A DNA stretch of 64,000 nucleotides from Enoplolaimus lenunculus (lineage: Eukaryota): contig JASANG010003092.1 in assembly GCA_030248215.1 (NCBI GenBank), positions 558,001-622,000 of the forward strand, in the 5' to 3' direction. Made by a program: the position numbers and the translations under genes. Below, in pieces: positions 12,601 to 27,600 of the stretch. Position 1 is the stretch's first letter; the number at the start of each line of letters is the position of its first letter. A model generated the notes under the pieces. That model worked only from the letters and a program-made list of their open reading frames with translations, was not told where the DNA came from and ran no database searches.

Positions 12601-15600
12601 TGTTTAAAATTTTATAGCCCCAATGCGAGGTTAACACCGCAGGATAATTGGCTTTCAAACAAAAAAGTTTACCAAAATCGGTTCATCGGTTCCTGAGATT
12701 CTTTTCGGACGGACGGACATCCACCTTTTGGACCCCAGAGTACAAAACATAAAACGCTTCGCAAAACTCCGAGCTATGCTCCGGAGTTTCGCTTCGCTCA
12801 ATGAGTAACTGGGTATATTGCGTGTACCAAAGATTGTTCTTGGTATGTGGCACGTTTTACGATCACCCAGCATTCTTATCCAGACTGAGATATTTCTGGG
12901 TATTATGCTGATCAGAGATTTACGTCAGTATGTTTATATCTGTTCTGAGTTGTTAAGTATAGATTGTTTTAGGATGTACCAAATAAGATAAAAACTCAGA
13001 CGGAAGAGTCGGAGATAGAAAGCAAGGATGTCGATACTCGTGGACTTGATTCTGATGCCGGCGAAAATCAGTCAGCGTCACATCCTCCGCTCTTGCCTAT
13101 ATTATCGAAAGGTTATGATGAATCGAAAGGAACTGCTCCCCGTCAGCGTGCAGAGTCTTCAACGAGTTCTCCGCTATCTCCGGTAGGATCTACCCTTACA
13201 GGTGTTACCGCTGGTTCAATTAGTCCACTGAGAAAAATAGCGCCCGGTGAGGCAACAATTGTTGAAATTCGACGCAGTTCACTGTCTTCGCCGTTTCGAC
13301 GTCGAGAACAACGACCAAAATCAACGTATTGCGAAAGGAGCAGTACTGGATCCGGAGGCGCTACGCCTGGAACTTCTATGTTGTCCGGTGCTGTTTCGAA
13401 AACCGTGGAAAAAAGTCAAGGTGACAGCAAGGATGGTGGTTGCGAAAACGAAATTGTTTCGAGCATTGAGGCAGTGATAAAAGGACCGCACGTGTCACCT
13501 ACTGTAACACAACCGGTTTTGCCGTTGACGCGTGGGCTGTTGTCGTATCAGGTAGGTGTGGTTAAAGGAGAGTACTAGTAATGACTAATCTGGCATGAAT
13601 CCAGAAAGTTTTACTGGGCTAGAGCTTCCCGTTTTCAAGCCGCAACGGCATACTAAAATTTGTTTCAAAGATTAAAGGTAAAGTTTTTGACATAGTACGA
13701 ATGACATCAATAAATCATACTAGGGGTTGCGATATTTTCTAAAATCGTAGCTAGCAGCTTCTTCAGATCGTTTGTCATGTGAGCCTTCCTTTTTGAAAAT
13801 CCTTTATCCGCGCCTGTAAACGGTCCTCGATTTGGCTTATGACTGAAATTCGATACTTGAATTCGATGGCGAATGTCAGTAGTTCGCGGACAGGTCTTCT
13901 TAGAGTACTTTTGCGTTACCAAAGACTTGATTATTAAACATAGAAAGCAAATTGTTTGTTAGATTAACCCTGACCCTGACTATTTCATATAGATTATGCC
14001 AAGCAAATCATTTAACGTTTCTTGTATTTTAGGCGTCAACGAGAGCTGTGAGACTTAAGTCAGTGTCGAGTCCATCAATTGAAAAAATTGGTTCGCCCGA
14101 AACACATAGTGAGTTGCTCTGGCTGTAAAATCCGCTGGGTGCACAATCCACTTAGACTCGAAGTATTTTACTGAGTTAGGTCGTGAGATTAATACAGATA
14201 ATTAGCAGGTACATGCATAGGCAAGGTATTGGTAATGGAGAGGGTTACGTTTTATATGAATTTCGAAACTGGACTCTTTCTTTTGTAACTTAAAAGTGTT
14301 GATAGAAACCCTAGGACGAAAATGGCAAAAGGGACTGAAATCTTCATGGGCTACGTCGTTATTGGTTAATTTGCGTTCTCAACGTTGATCGTAAGTTTGC
14401 ATCAATCTTACTGTTAGAACTCACACCCAGCGGCAGTGTGATATGGCTCTTCTGTTAATATTTCAGATGTAATGTAGTGATAATTGTTACAGGTGCCAAT
14501 TCAGTCTTTCGCAAAACTGCTCAGAGTGGATTTTCACCGCCGTTGCAAACGGCAAGTACAGGTGGCGTTTCAGAGGAAACCAGTTGTACTAGCGTAGCCG
14601 AAACTGGCAAAACGAAACGCCTGACGTCTTTGAAATCTGCAAAGTCAGGAAATACGTCAAGCGGCTCGGGAGCTGGGTCGGGGCTGAGCATGTGGCAAAT
14701 GATGACCCCTAATCCGTTTGGTAGTGGGGCAACGTCGACCGCTGCCACGGCTAGTTCAAGAACACAGCGGGCATCGAGTTCTGGAATTGATCCGAGTGAG
14801 AGGTACGTACGTAAGCATCGGACAAAGGTGACTCATGAATCTGTGTCTCGGTTTAAGATGGACGGCAACCGAAACCAGCGTAGAGTTTTTGGTCGAAATC
14901 GCCGTGTTACATACACCATAGTGGAAAGGTGTTGTTGAATAAAATTGAAAATTTTAAACTGTGGGATAACAAATATAGCACATTTCAAGTACTTTGGCCT
15001 GCCGATTTTGAGACTGGTGGTTTTAAAGACTGAGAATCTTAGGCTTATGCTTAAGTTTTGGCCTATGCTTTGTACGCAGGCCCCTATAGTTAACATGGGT
15101 TAAAATTATGGTCCCGAAAACATCAGGTTGGAATGAACTCATTAAAATACGGCTGTAAATATTTGTTATTTTCAGGAGTGTTTTACGTGAAAAGTCCTCA
15201 GGATTAACTGCGGATGGCGAACGTAAAGCGAATCGGCGTGCAAGTGCCTTTTTCAACATTGCCAGGCGTTCAAAACGAACAAAAAAGGTATCTTGAGTAA
15301 CAATATATTTCTCACAGCCGCGGAGCACCGCGCATCGCTGTATGTCACCGCTCGGAATTGTCCGCTACTGTGAGGCGCCGTACGTCACAAACGAAATTAA
15401 ATTTTAACGTGTCATGTTGAACTAAATTTGTAATAAGGCGCTGCAGCGAGTATAGCGCAACTCACTGTCAGGTCGGGACAATTTAGTTCGTATTTATTAA
15501 ATCGACGGATTTGTTGTTGGATATTTTTGCATGACGTAAAGCAGTAATTCGGTGACCAAAATATTTCAAGTTTCTGTTCCTGCTTTTGATTTCGGCAGGA

Positions 15601-18600
15601 AACTGCAATTCTTGTTCTGGTAAAATATTTTAGTCTTCTGTGGGCACTTCAATATTAATACCTTTCCCATTTTAAAGCCTCAGTTACTACTGAAACAGAA
15701 ACAGAAGTAGGACATTGTTAAGGTGGAACCGAAATTCTAAGATGCCGGAACCGGACAATAGAAATGGCGGATTACCGTGAACCGGAATTCAGGTAGCACA
15801 TTGGACATTGTAAAAAATTTTGAGGGTATATGTTATGCTTGTTATATTATGTTTTGCGTTTTTGTATTAAATAACGTTTATTCAGGATAAAGAAAAGCCT
15901 CATTTTTTCATTGCGTTGCATCCGATTCCGAAACATTTTAAATGTGACGGATGTCAATGCGAACGCTATAACAATGATGAGACGCGTGCGTTCAAAGCGC
16001 TGACTTGCAATTGTGAGTTTGATTTTGGGTTTATTTTTTGTAGAACAATTTTTCAGTGAAATAATCGTGTTCGGAATTTCAATGAATGTACAAATGTTGC
16101 GTGTACATTTATGAAATTGGCAAAATATAATATTATGTGTTGGGCGTTCTAGGTTTAACAATATAGATGGGAAGTTCATTGGTTTAGAACAGATGAGCTA
16201 AAACTAGGGCCGATATTTATCAGTTTGCTTATTCTCAAAGCAGGTATAAATCTGAAGTTTATATTTATAATTATATTGACATATATTGATTTGTGTGTTA
16301 TTTACAGCATGTGGTGTAGCCGTACATGATCAGTGCAAAACAGAAGTGATGGGTTGTACCAAACTGAAATATCCTAAGGTACTAACTGCTTTATGGTTTT
16401 GTTGTGATTTGACATGTTTTTGCTTTATCTCAGTGGTGTTCTAGATAGTTGACGTGGTGGTATATTTGTCAAGCGGTGTTGTCTGTCACCGTGCTGCTTC
16501 CTATGCTAATTACTTCAGACAATTTGCGTACACGATACCGTACGGTTACGGACGGCCTCGGATATACAAACTATTACAAAGCATAGTACCGCCATTGCTT
16601 CCCTGCTATTTCACTTTGCTTCTTTGCTATTTCCCCATGGCTGCGCTCTATTTTGGAGTGCTGTCCGCGCCGTATTTATTTTTACTCAGAATTTGCTCAA
16701 GTTGCATACTCTTGTGTAAGAATCGTCATCGATTATGGATGTTTGAAATCAGAATGGATATTCTAGCATTTTGCTAGCCCCGTCTCGAGTGGAGACGGGC
16801 AGGGGTATTTTAGACAGCCCCTAAAATGAAGTTCAGGCTTTAAAATTTTGTGATTTTTCTTGATTTTTTGTAGTTAACACTTAGCAGATTTATGTGGAGG
16901 AGCCCCCTACCCCGCTAGCGAAACGGCGGATATTCATGCAATGTTTGAGTTTGAATATTTTCAGAGTTACAAATCGGGCATTCCGCCTTCAGGAGCACTC
17001 AGGTCAAGTCCGTCATTGCCACCTGGTACCGTTCGGCCAGTGGTCGTTTATCCGCCGATTATGCGGCATGGTATGTAAATATTAAATGATTTCCGATTTG
17101 AAATAGCTGTTTGGGTAAAATGAGTGTTGATAGGGTATTATTTTTATTTTAATTTTGGGGATTGAAAATAGTTGAAGTGGGGTAATTTTAGTTGAATTAT
17201 TAATGTTTTGGCAAGGTGCATAATGTTCGAGGTTTAATACGTGTTGTTCGGGTTATTCTTTTTATGGAGGACTGGGATATCGTTTGCCGAAAAGTAACTG
17301 GTGTGGAATGTATAAATGTGTACGTATTGTATCTGTATGCTTGTTTTGGCTCAAATACAGAAAATGTGTCAAATGCTTTTTGTATCATCAAATTTTGCCT
17401 CATTGTCCAGAAATTGTACATCTGTCCAAATTTATCCGGCCTACAACCCGCTGGTAGCCTTCGTTGGCTCATGTGCCTACGGTAGGAATACAGTGATTTA
17501 TAGCTAGACAGCGGTTGACAGGGATTGGCTGTTTGAAGCTGGTGTTGTTTTCGTCTAATAGCTAATGATAGGTTACAACTTAAACCTCTAGTTAAATACA
17601 GTGCATTGTACTCCATACGAGTAGAACAGATACTGGTATATCAAGTCACGTCAAAAAGTGTCTAAAGTTTTCTTTCTTTACATTAAGGTTGAAGCTTAAT
17701 CGCAAAGTTGTACTTTTCGGCTAACCGAAACAAATTTTTTTGCGTGTTCGCAAAATAATTTTCTGGTATTGTTCAGGTTGCTATTGTACATAAACGTGGT
17801 ACTAGGTAGCACCGTGTTATCACGAGGCACGTGTCGTGCAGTGGCATAGCCTGTTTTTTGAAAGGCGATTACGTTGTATAAAAATTTCGTCGGGCAGTAC
17901 AAACACTTGTTTACTTCTCCAGCAAGCCGCCAGCCCCGCCTCACCCAAAAACAGTAATGTGATTGAAGATTTTGTCTTAATAGAAATTTATCACTTGTTT
18001 GGGGACAGTGAACAAATGCCAAATGTCGAAGTGAATGTTTCATGTGTTACTAACTTAAAAGTGTTTGAAACCCGTCGTCCAAGGTAAGATTTGACTCGTA
18101 AATCCCCTCTTGTTAGACCCTTAATGACGTGCACGTCTTTGCCAGTTACGATTTGGAAAAGCGCTTGGTTCACAGTGCAATTGACTCATATTAGTTGGTT
18201 GCTAGGTAGCCAGATAAACACGCCGCGGAAATGCATATTATTGCAGGATTTTGCCATATTAAGTTGCATGTTTGTATTTTAACGTATTAAATTTTGTGCG
18301 TTTTTGCGTTGTATGTACATGTAATAATATAAAAGAACGTTGTCAGTGGGAGGTTTTCAGAAGTCAAACCCCCTTTGTTAGTTTTCAAAAGGAGTTTTTA
18401 AATAATTTTTCAATTTGTAACAGAGGAACCCCTTTGAAATTTTCACAGATGGTAACCCCACTTTTTTCACAATCCTGGTTACGATTATGCATACGAACAG
18501 GGGGCGTACCCTGAATATTTTAAACGGAGGGACACTTAAATAATTTTTACCCAAAACTGCCAGACCTTTGGTGATACAAAAATTTTGACTGGGTTTACAA

Positions 18601-21600
18601 TATATAATAATGTTGAAAACCCTCGCGAGCTGAGCGAGCGGGAAATTAACCGCGGTTTTAGTACTAAATCGAAATCTTTAAAATTTAGTTTTCGATCCCT
18701 GGTTTCCCCTAGAATCTATCAGCGATAAACTACACCCACCTTTATGTTAAAGAAAAGCATTTAATACTAATACCAAGTTTAGTTTGTGTGTGTAAGGTTT
18801 AGGAAAATATAAAAATCATCTCTAAAAAACCTTGAAGCAAAACAGAGGTGTTACAGTAAATTAAAATTCGCCAACATAGCGAGCGAGAAGCTAGCAACCT
18901 AGTTCAATCAAAGTTAGGAACTTTTGTTGTTCTTTTCGCAGATGCAAGCCACCTCAAAGGGGATACATCCGCTGTATCTCACCCCGTTCCTCATTATGTA
19001 CGAAATATGTTTATTTTGCTTTACATTTCGTTCACTTTGTCGTCAATGGATTGGGGAGTACAAGATTTTATAACAATTCCCTGTAGGGTGGGACGCGCAA
19101 TATATGAATTTTTTGCAGCGAAATACAACGTGAGTTTTAAATTTTTGCATCGAAATATGGTAAAGTGGTCAATTTGATTTTGAAAATAACAACGTAATTT
19201 CAAACTGTGTGGTTTTTGCGCTTTGGAATTCAGGTGGTTTACCTGTCGTTCGTCTCAGTAGTGTCAAGTAAGCATATGCTATCTGTGAAGCGAAAGATTG
19301 TTTTCAGTTGGTTTCGATTTGTTAGAGTCTTTTCCGTGCCACCCCTGTCCATTCCCACCTGGCGTGTGGCTAAAGCATGTCCTAAAAACTCGTTTGATGT
19401 CCAAAGGTTATAGGTCTACATTAAGTAAATGAAACCGTCGAAATTTTTGACAATATGTAAAAAAATTTCTAAATGTATATATGAATTATTATTTAACATT
19501 AGCGATTTTAACATGGCTTCAATTGCAGCGGGGTCAGCTACCTGCACCGGTAAATTTTGCCATACCTTGTTGCGCTATATTAGCTACCGATATGACGTTA
19601 CATGTAAAATTGCGTCCGAGTCCGGAATGGGTGTTTCCAGGATTTCGCAAAGGGGGGGCTACGTTCTATAAGTTTCAAAAGAATTAAAACTCCCAATTTA
19701 TTATTGTAAAGCCCCATTCACACGTGCAATGTTTTGCAACGAGAACTGGCAGGTGCCACTTGCGCGAAATACTTGCAGCCGTATTTTCAAACGTTGCGAT
19801 TGACCAATCAAAGTGCAGGTGCAAGAAATTCAAGCGACTTGGAACTGCATTTACATGTGCGAATTAACTTAAATTGCATGAATTCCGGTGAATAATTTGC
19901 AGCTGCAACAATCTCAAAGCTGCTTTGTGGCCAAAGTTGTGCGTGTAAAGTTGTACATGCAAGTTCTTGCTGCAAAAACTTGTATGTGTGAATGACGTTG
20001 TAGTTGTTGTTGTTGTTGTTGTTGTTGTTGTTCATAAATATCTGGTGGGTTTTTGATACATGTACGCACTGTAAACAAAAATGCGCACAATATATCATAA
20101 AGTGAGAATACAGCGTGATAACAGTTAATATTTACTATTTACATAATTTTGGGTGTTTGCACTACTCAAATTGCCCATCTTTTTTGATTCAATTGCAACA
20201 CGGTCACCACGTGTACGTACGTATATCGGTCGAAAAACACGTATTTCGGAATCAATCCATTCGCCATCGGACTCTCACAAGATTGAAGTTTCAGTGATGG
20301 ATTGGTTATGACCGCCTGGCTTTTCGCTTGCTTGATTCACGTCATTACGTAAATATATTTGAATTTTGACTTTGAAAAATTGTTATTTCGAGATGAGTGG
20401 TTTTGCAATTAGATCAGTTTTGTTAATAAACTGTTTATCACTGATAGACTGAGCTGGTTTCGTTGAATTTTTTTAATTCGAATTCGTGTTATTTTTGCCT
20501 TAATATGTAACTGTTCAAGTTTTGCGACCGTTATACAGTCCTAAGTCTCCGCTGGTTGTGGCTACACGCTGTGAATGTACACTGACTGCAAAATGTAGTC
20601 TGTTTGTGTTACTGCATTGTTTTACGTTTTTGGTGTTTTTTACTTTGACCGCTTGCGTATGCGTTTCGACGTCCATTGACGGGATATATGCAGTTTTTTG
20701 TGTACATACGTACGTTTATTAGTTTTCGGTAGTAATATATTTTGGGCATCTGTAGTAGCGAGCGTAACGTGATATGTTTTGCGTATCAGTTAATTATATG
20801 ATCCAAACTGTCAGGGCGTACTCAATGGGGGGCGATAGGGAGTATATATCCGTTCCTGAAATTTTTGGACAAACGAGGACAAAAATGCTGTTTACGATTG
20901 TGAAATGTTGATCGCTTTTTAGCAAAAAATTTATATGAGGTTATGGTCACCAGTTGCCGTTGCCGGAGTCGAATATTTAAGTGTGTATTTCGACAAAAAG
21001 TTAAACATTTATCACAATAATTTAGCACCAGTTTCTATAATACACATATTTGTTATAAGTTTGTTTCTACACAGGATGGTTTACTATTAACTGGTCTACT
21101 TGAAATACTAATTTTTTGATTATTTCGAGCAAAATTCACGGTGAAATATTTTGTGATTTGTGTCATAAATAATCGTATAATATTGAGTTTGAGTTATATT
21201 ATACTTTGCTGCAATAAATATATCCGGTAATGTATAGAATACCGGAGTTGGATGTTGATTTTGTTGCGGGAGCACGAAAATCAGTTGTACCCTAATAAAT
21301 AGTCATCCAAAATAAAATCTTGGCTACAGCATTAGTGAGCGGTGATTTGTGCGCCATGGCTTGTCATACGTAACGTTTACCGCGTACAGAGTAATACTCG
21401 ATTGTTTTATTGCCGAGGGACGTAAGTTTTTTTCAAATCCTGAGCATGCCTACCAGGATGCGACCGCATATCCAGTACTGGTTTAATATCAAGCGTAAAA
21501 TGGATTACAGACATCGTATACCGGGTGTCTACCGTTAACGAATGAGGAAATCATTAATTGTACAATAAATCTTGACTTCATACGTGTTCCGTTTTAAAAA

Positions 21601-24600
21601 CGTCGAAGCATTTCGGCTTCGGTGGTGTATTCTCTGGGGAAGTGTAGCGTGATCCAGTTGCAAAAGCGATGGTGTTGACGAATCCAGTGCTAATTTGCGG
21701 AATCCGAAGCCGAATCCTGCATGTTGCAAATTTCAGATATATCAACAGCTTGTTTCAGAATATGAACGCAATGCCAGCCGTATAACGTTTAATACGTTAA
21801 TATATTTCGTCCCGACGGCAGTTCTGAGATTTCTCACCTGAAATAAAAAATATTGATTTTTATAGCAAGGTATTTAAAAATTTTATAGCTTAAAAATGAA
21901 AAAACATATTGCCGAACTTTGTTGGATTCGGCTTTTGGATTCGGCTTTTCCACAACCGAATCCGAACCTCAAATTTTTGCTAAATCCGAATCCGAACCTT
22001 TGTTGCCACCCTGGTTTATAGCTGTTGAAGGGTGTTTAAAAATGTAGTTTTTTCCAATAATTTTAGCTGGACGGTTGGCTGATGACTATTGATGTAAACC
22101 GGACCACATAACGATAAACTGGACTGCTTGCTTTCCGGACAGAATCAGTGATATTTACGTTTTTGAGTAGTTTGAGCTATTAGAGTGTCGCTTGACTTCG
22201 GTCTGGACCAAACCGGTGCTACAGTGGTGGACCATCGATCCAGACCGAAGTCAAGCGACGCTCTAATACCTCAAACTACTCAAAAACACAAATACCTCGA
22301 TTTTGGTGGATAAAATTTCGCCCTTTAAACTAATGGCAACCACTGTAGTAAAATTTTAATCCAATCAAATGTTTATATTTGACTGGACTGGTGAGGAATT
22401 TTGCATTGGTCCGGTCCGCATTCCAAGTGATGACCAGATTTGTAGATGTATTTTTTGTGTACTGGTGTGGCCTGTAAGTTGATCACGATTAGGTTCTGTA
22501 TACGTGTTATATTGATTTCCAGAACGCATGGTATTGTTCTATCTTGATGACACCGATTACTAGATTAAATTGCAAAGAATTTCGAATATACGTAGTTGCT
22601 GTAGACGCGAACAATTTCGTTTTTATCGCATTATGCGTTATGCGTTGTGGTAATCGGTCAAATTGAACAATTTAAATTTAAAAAAATTGATTTAGTTGTT
22701 TAATAACCATTACGTAGCTGTTTTGGTGAGTATTTTTCGCGTTACTGGCAGTTGAATTGTCGCCTGCGAGTGTACTGGCAATGGTAGATCAGGTTGTTTT
22801 GCCGTTTGCATTCTAGCTGGGTGGTAGCGAATCCACTATTTGACCGAATGCGAATCTTTGTCGCCTGACAACTCGTTGCCGGACAACATGTAATCCGATA
22901 TTTCATCGACTCGACAATTCTTCGCCAATCATTATGCTTAGGCTTACAGTTATGTTTAGGATTATAGATGCTTAAATTTATTCATAGGTTTTAGGACACC
23001 GTTTGGACACCGTTGGGCGACAAATTGTCGGGCGGACGAATCGCCGTAGATCAGCGATAATTTGTTTTCGAATACTAACGCAATGTCAGCCGCGTACGCT
23101 GATATATTTGTGCCAACCTCAGTTCTTAAATTTGTGACCTGACGCGAAAAATTGATTATTTATAACCAGTTATTTAAATTTTTTATTGTTTAAAAATGAA
23201 CAACAGATTTTGCCGAACCTGGCTGGATTCCGGCTTTTCACAACCGAATCCGAACCGCAAATTGTTGCCGAATCCAAAGTTTTGTTGCCACCTTGGCATC
23301 CAGACAGCCTTTTAATGGCAGCCATGAGCCAGCTATATATATACAGTGGTGAATCTAATTTAGAGGTGGGTTCAGTATACAATTAGAGGAAGATGCTTCG
23401 CGACCGAAAATCCAATCATAATTTTAGCATTGAATCGTTCTGGTGGCAGCTTATCAGTATTGTTAATAAGATAGTAAACCAATACTGTTCAATATTTGTG
23501 AACTCTTTGCTAAATTGCTGTGCAATGCTCAATCCAGTTCACTTTGTGTTGTTTTGTACGCGAGTATTACTAGAAAACTGCAATTTATTGTTGTTTTAGT
23601 TTTAGAGAATTGTTGTGTTTATGTCATTCGGTACGTAGAGTATCGATGCCGGTAATTGTTTCGTACAAGTGCCAAAATTATTACTCTGTGAAATACGTAC
23701 GTTTCGTAAACGGGTAAATTCTGTTTTTGTTATAAATGCTATTATAATTCGACGAGGTTTAGCTAACTAATGGGTAACGCCGTTATTTGTAATGGATTTT
23801 GTGTTGCAAAAAATTTTCAATGCGATTTTTAGTGGTCGATTGTGTTTTTGTAAACTTGTCGTCAATTTCGTAGAGTAGGTATTGTAACTTGCAGTTGTAG
23901 TACGTAACATGTGTGTGGGAAAGTTGTTTGCGTTGGATGAAGGGCGGTAACTGTGACAGAATTTGATGATGGCGCCGTTAGTGAGAGTGAGGCGATGTTG
24001 TAATGTTGTTTGCTTGGGAAAACGTTGTGACTGGGATTGCTGTACTGGACAAGGATTGATCCACGGAGGCATGCAAGGCCTAGCAAAGCCCAACTGTGAT
24101 AAAAACCAAAATTTTGTATCTCAAGATTTTTGCGTTTGGTTTCCGCCGGTTTCGCTCAGGAATTTTTCCGGCTGTTCGGTACATATCCGGTGAATACGGT
24201 CGATCATAGTGTACATACGTAGTATATGTTACTCTATTTGGTGCGGTGAAACTTGCTGTACGTAAAATGTTAAATTTCAAGTTTCCAAGTTGATATCGGT
24301 GACAGAATGGGGCCAATTTGTTATTTGCACAATTGTAAGAGAGAAAAATTATGCATTAATGTTGGTTAATTAATCGAGAACAAGTAATTGTGTAATTGAA
24401 TGTGTGAAAAACGAGTTATATATTCGGTCTTTACAATGGAAATTACGAGAATACGTTACGGAAATGAGAAATTAACCCAAACAAAATTTCGATACGAAAG
24501 AGTCAGTTATATATGAAATATGTCTATTAATCGGCGTTGGCATCGGTATCTGTAATAATTGGCACTGTTGTTGAGTATCGGCATCTGCCTGTACTGCAAA

Positions 24601-27600
24601 AAAAACTGCCGATTCTTACCAGTAGTTGTGTTATACTTTGCGGTAAGTAACTTGTAATTCTTTGGCTTTCACTTGCTCGTCGTATAACGGTGGCGCGTTT
24701 TGATTAATGTCTTGATTTGATATTCGCAGTTGACACCGAAAAATCTTAAAATGACAACAGCCTGATTTAAAACAGGAACCGCGCAGCTGAACCTGATTTA
24801 AAACAGGAACCGCGCAGCTGATGACATTTGATTATTTTGCCGTGAGTGATGTTTCAACTGCACCGTGTGGTGCATTATGCATATTAATTTTAAATTTATC
24901 GTTATTTTATTTTCAACACATGTGAAGGGCCAGGTGCGTCGATTGAAACAGTATGAGTATACGTATATATGAATATATTGTCATAAAAACGAACGAGATA
25001 TAGATAATTGCGGAAAAACGAACCGCCATGGGCTGATTTAGACATTTAGGTATGTCCGCACCGCAATATAATAGTGAAACTTGAAGACCAAACGCAATTT
25101 TAGTGCAAAATTTTATTAATACACAATTTTGCGGGTTTGATGTATATATGTTGGGTGGGGGCTATGACTGCCTGGTTCGCCCTCGTCCGTCTCGGTTAAA
25201 TCATCCGCCAGTTTGTTAACGAATCTGTGTTGTTGTGAAGTAGTAATTTTCACAATAAAAATAGTGCGTGAGAAACGCAGCCAAAAAAATTATCGAGTGA
25301 AATTAAAAATAAATTTTGTGCTCAGCAGGAGTAGTAACTGATCATATTTATTTCATATTGTCGCCGCGAATTTTTTTGTGTCCGCTGAGGTATCTATTGT
25401 AAAGAAATAAAAATGAATTGACGCGAGCGTGAACTTTTGGTGGTGCGCGAGAGACCTACGACGTTAGTGTTTCGAAAAATTAAGAGAAAAATTTTTCGAG
25501 GCGATTTTCTACATTTTTTTCGAGTTTAAATTTATGCGGTTGTTGAGCAGTCACATTGTTGTGTCAAATGGTGTGTAGAATGTCAAAATTATTGGTGCTG
25601 TAAATACCGCGGTTCAACCGAATGCCAAAAAAATACCGGAGCCGGAGCGTAAGTCAATATTTAAAAGTTAAAGTGAGTCACGCTAATTAAGTATTGCTTG
25701 CTATGCTATAATGTTATAATTTTGGTTGTTCAAGAGTTTTAGTACATATTATTAGGGCGTCTTGAAGTGTTGTTTTTTGTCATTTCGTGCAAAATTTAGA
25801 ACGAAGTATTGTTATTTCGGTCATAAATAATAGTCAGAGTGCAACTGAAATTGCGTACCGATTCCGGGAACTTGTTCAAATTCCGGTCACGGTAAATTGT
25901 TATTCCAGTTGCACTATGATGATAGTATAATATAGAGTTACGTTATATTTTTAGCAATGCCCAGTAATGTAGAATACAGGAGGTGGAATCGGATGTTGAT
26001 CTATACACTAATTTGGCAAGAATAATGTCACTCTTGTTCTCTAGTTAGAGCTTGAATAACAGTTCAGATTTCTAGGTTTACAGTCTTGGGCATTTACCGT
26101 TGTCTCCTTAGAAATAACAGCGGAAAGCTTGATGGTATCAAATAAAAATCAGTTTCCTGAATGTTTGAAACGGTGATTCGATCGAAGGATCCTCCAATTC
26201 CGCCCTTACCGAACTTGTACAACTGTGAAAAAACTTGCAAACGAGAAACTAAACGTAATTGTTGACGTATATTTTACAGTAATCTCTGAATAAGACCAAA
26301 CGAACATTTAGGCCCAATGTACGCACACCTTGCGCGCCCCCACAGCCTTGTTATGCGCCTGGTTTAAGTGTATATTCTTCAGTAATGTCTGCATAAGAAA
26401 AAGTAATATAAGGCGTAACGTAAGTACGCTGTTAATATTATATAAAACTGTTATTTGACCATAATTGGTGTGTAACTGGTCACATATCAACCAATACAGT
26501 TAACATCATTCGACTCAGCTCGACAAACTATATATATATATAAATTGCTGAACTTTTTGATCAAAAATTTTTGGTCCAACAATATAAAAACTTAGGGCCA
26601 CCACAATACAACGAATTCTTCAAAAATACAAATTTGGGTATGCAATACTCAATGAAGGTCATGAGAAGCTGAAATTTGCAAAAATAATATTAACATAGCA
26701 CCAGTTTTGGACAAACACGTGCTGAGAGAATGGCGACAAACATCTCAGTCTTATTTGTTTTTAGATATCTTTATTAAAGGTGTGTAGTTTTTTCTTCTTT
26801 TATTTGATATATATAGTTGTTTTACAAATTTAGTAAATCGTACAATTTCACTTTGAAGTTAATAAATACAAATGTAATTTGAATGAAAATTTAGGCGTAA
26901 TACGCTTTTACGTTTGTTGGCCTGTTTGTTAATTGGTTTATGGTACAGGTATAAATTGCTGGGCCAATGCTACTTTATGGGGCGTTACAGTACGTAGATT
27001 AAACGTTTTCCGAAGCCTAAGCCTCTAAGCGTTGCAAAAAATGTGTTTCTAAGTCTAAGCAAAAAATGTCATATAGAATCTAAACGTACCCGTTTATGGA
27101 CCCACCAGAAACCTGGACGCTCCTTAAAGTAACATGGGCCAACTGATGGGTATCAAAGCACATTTAAATAGTGTCATAATATGCAGTGGCGGATCCAGGA
27201 TCTCAAAATGGGGGGGGCAAAATTTCACAGGTACTAAACTTATTTTTGAACCACACACAAACCACGAACTATTGCCATGAAATTGCTATATAATTTTTGT
27301 CGAGATGCTGTTGGGGTGGGGGGGGGCATGGCCGGGGTGGCCCCCACCATGGATCCGCCATTGATGATATGCTTTCCATTCGTACAATATGATCATATCG
27401 GCTGTATATGTTGCGAGTCTAAAATGCTTACTTTGTCTGTTGACCGTGTCATATAATTGTGTGTTTGTGTGTTGTTAACTTTGGTATTTGATTGTGTCTT
27501 GTTTTGTATCCAGCAAGCTGAATAGAACCGTTCCGATTGTGTACATACGTACAAACAGTCGTACTTGTTTGTGCTTCGCTTCGCTGTTCAGAACGCGTCA

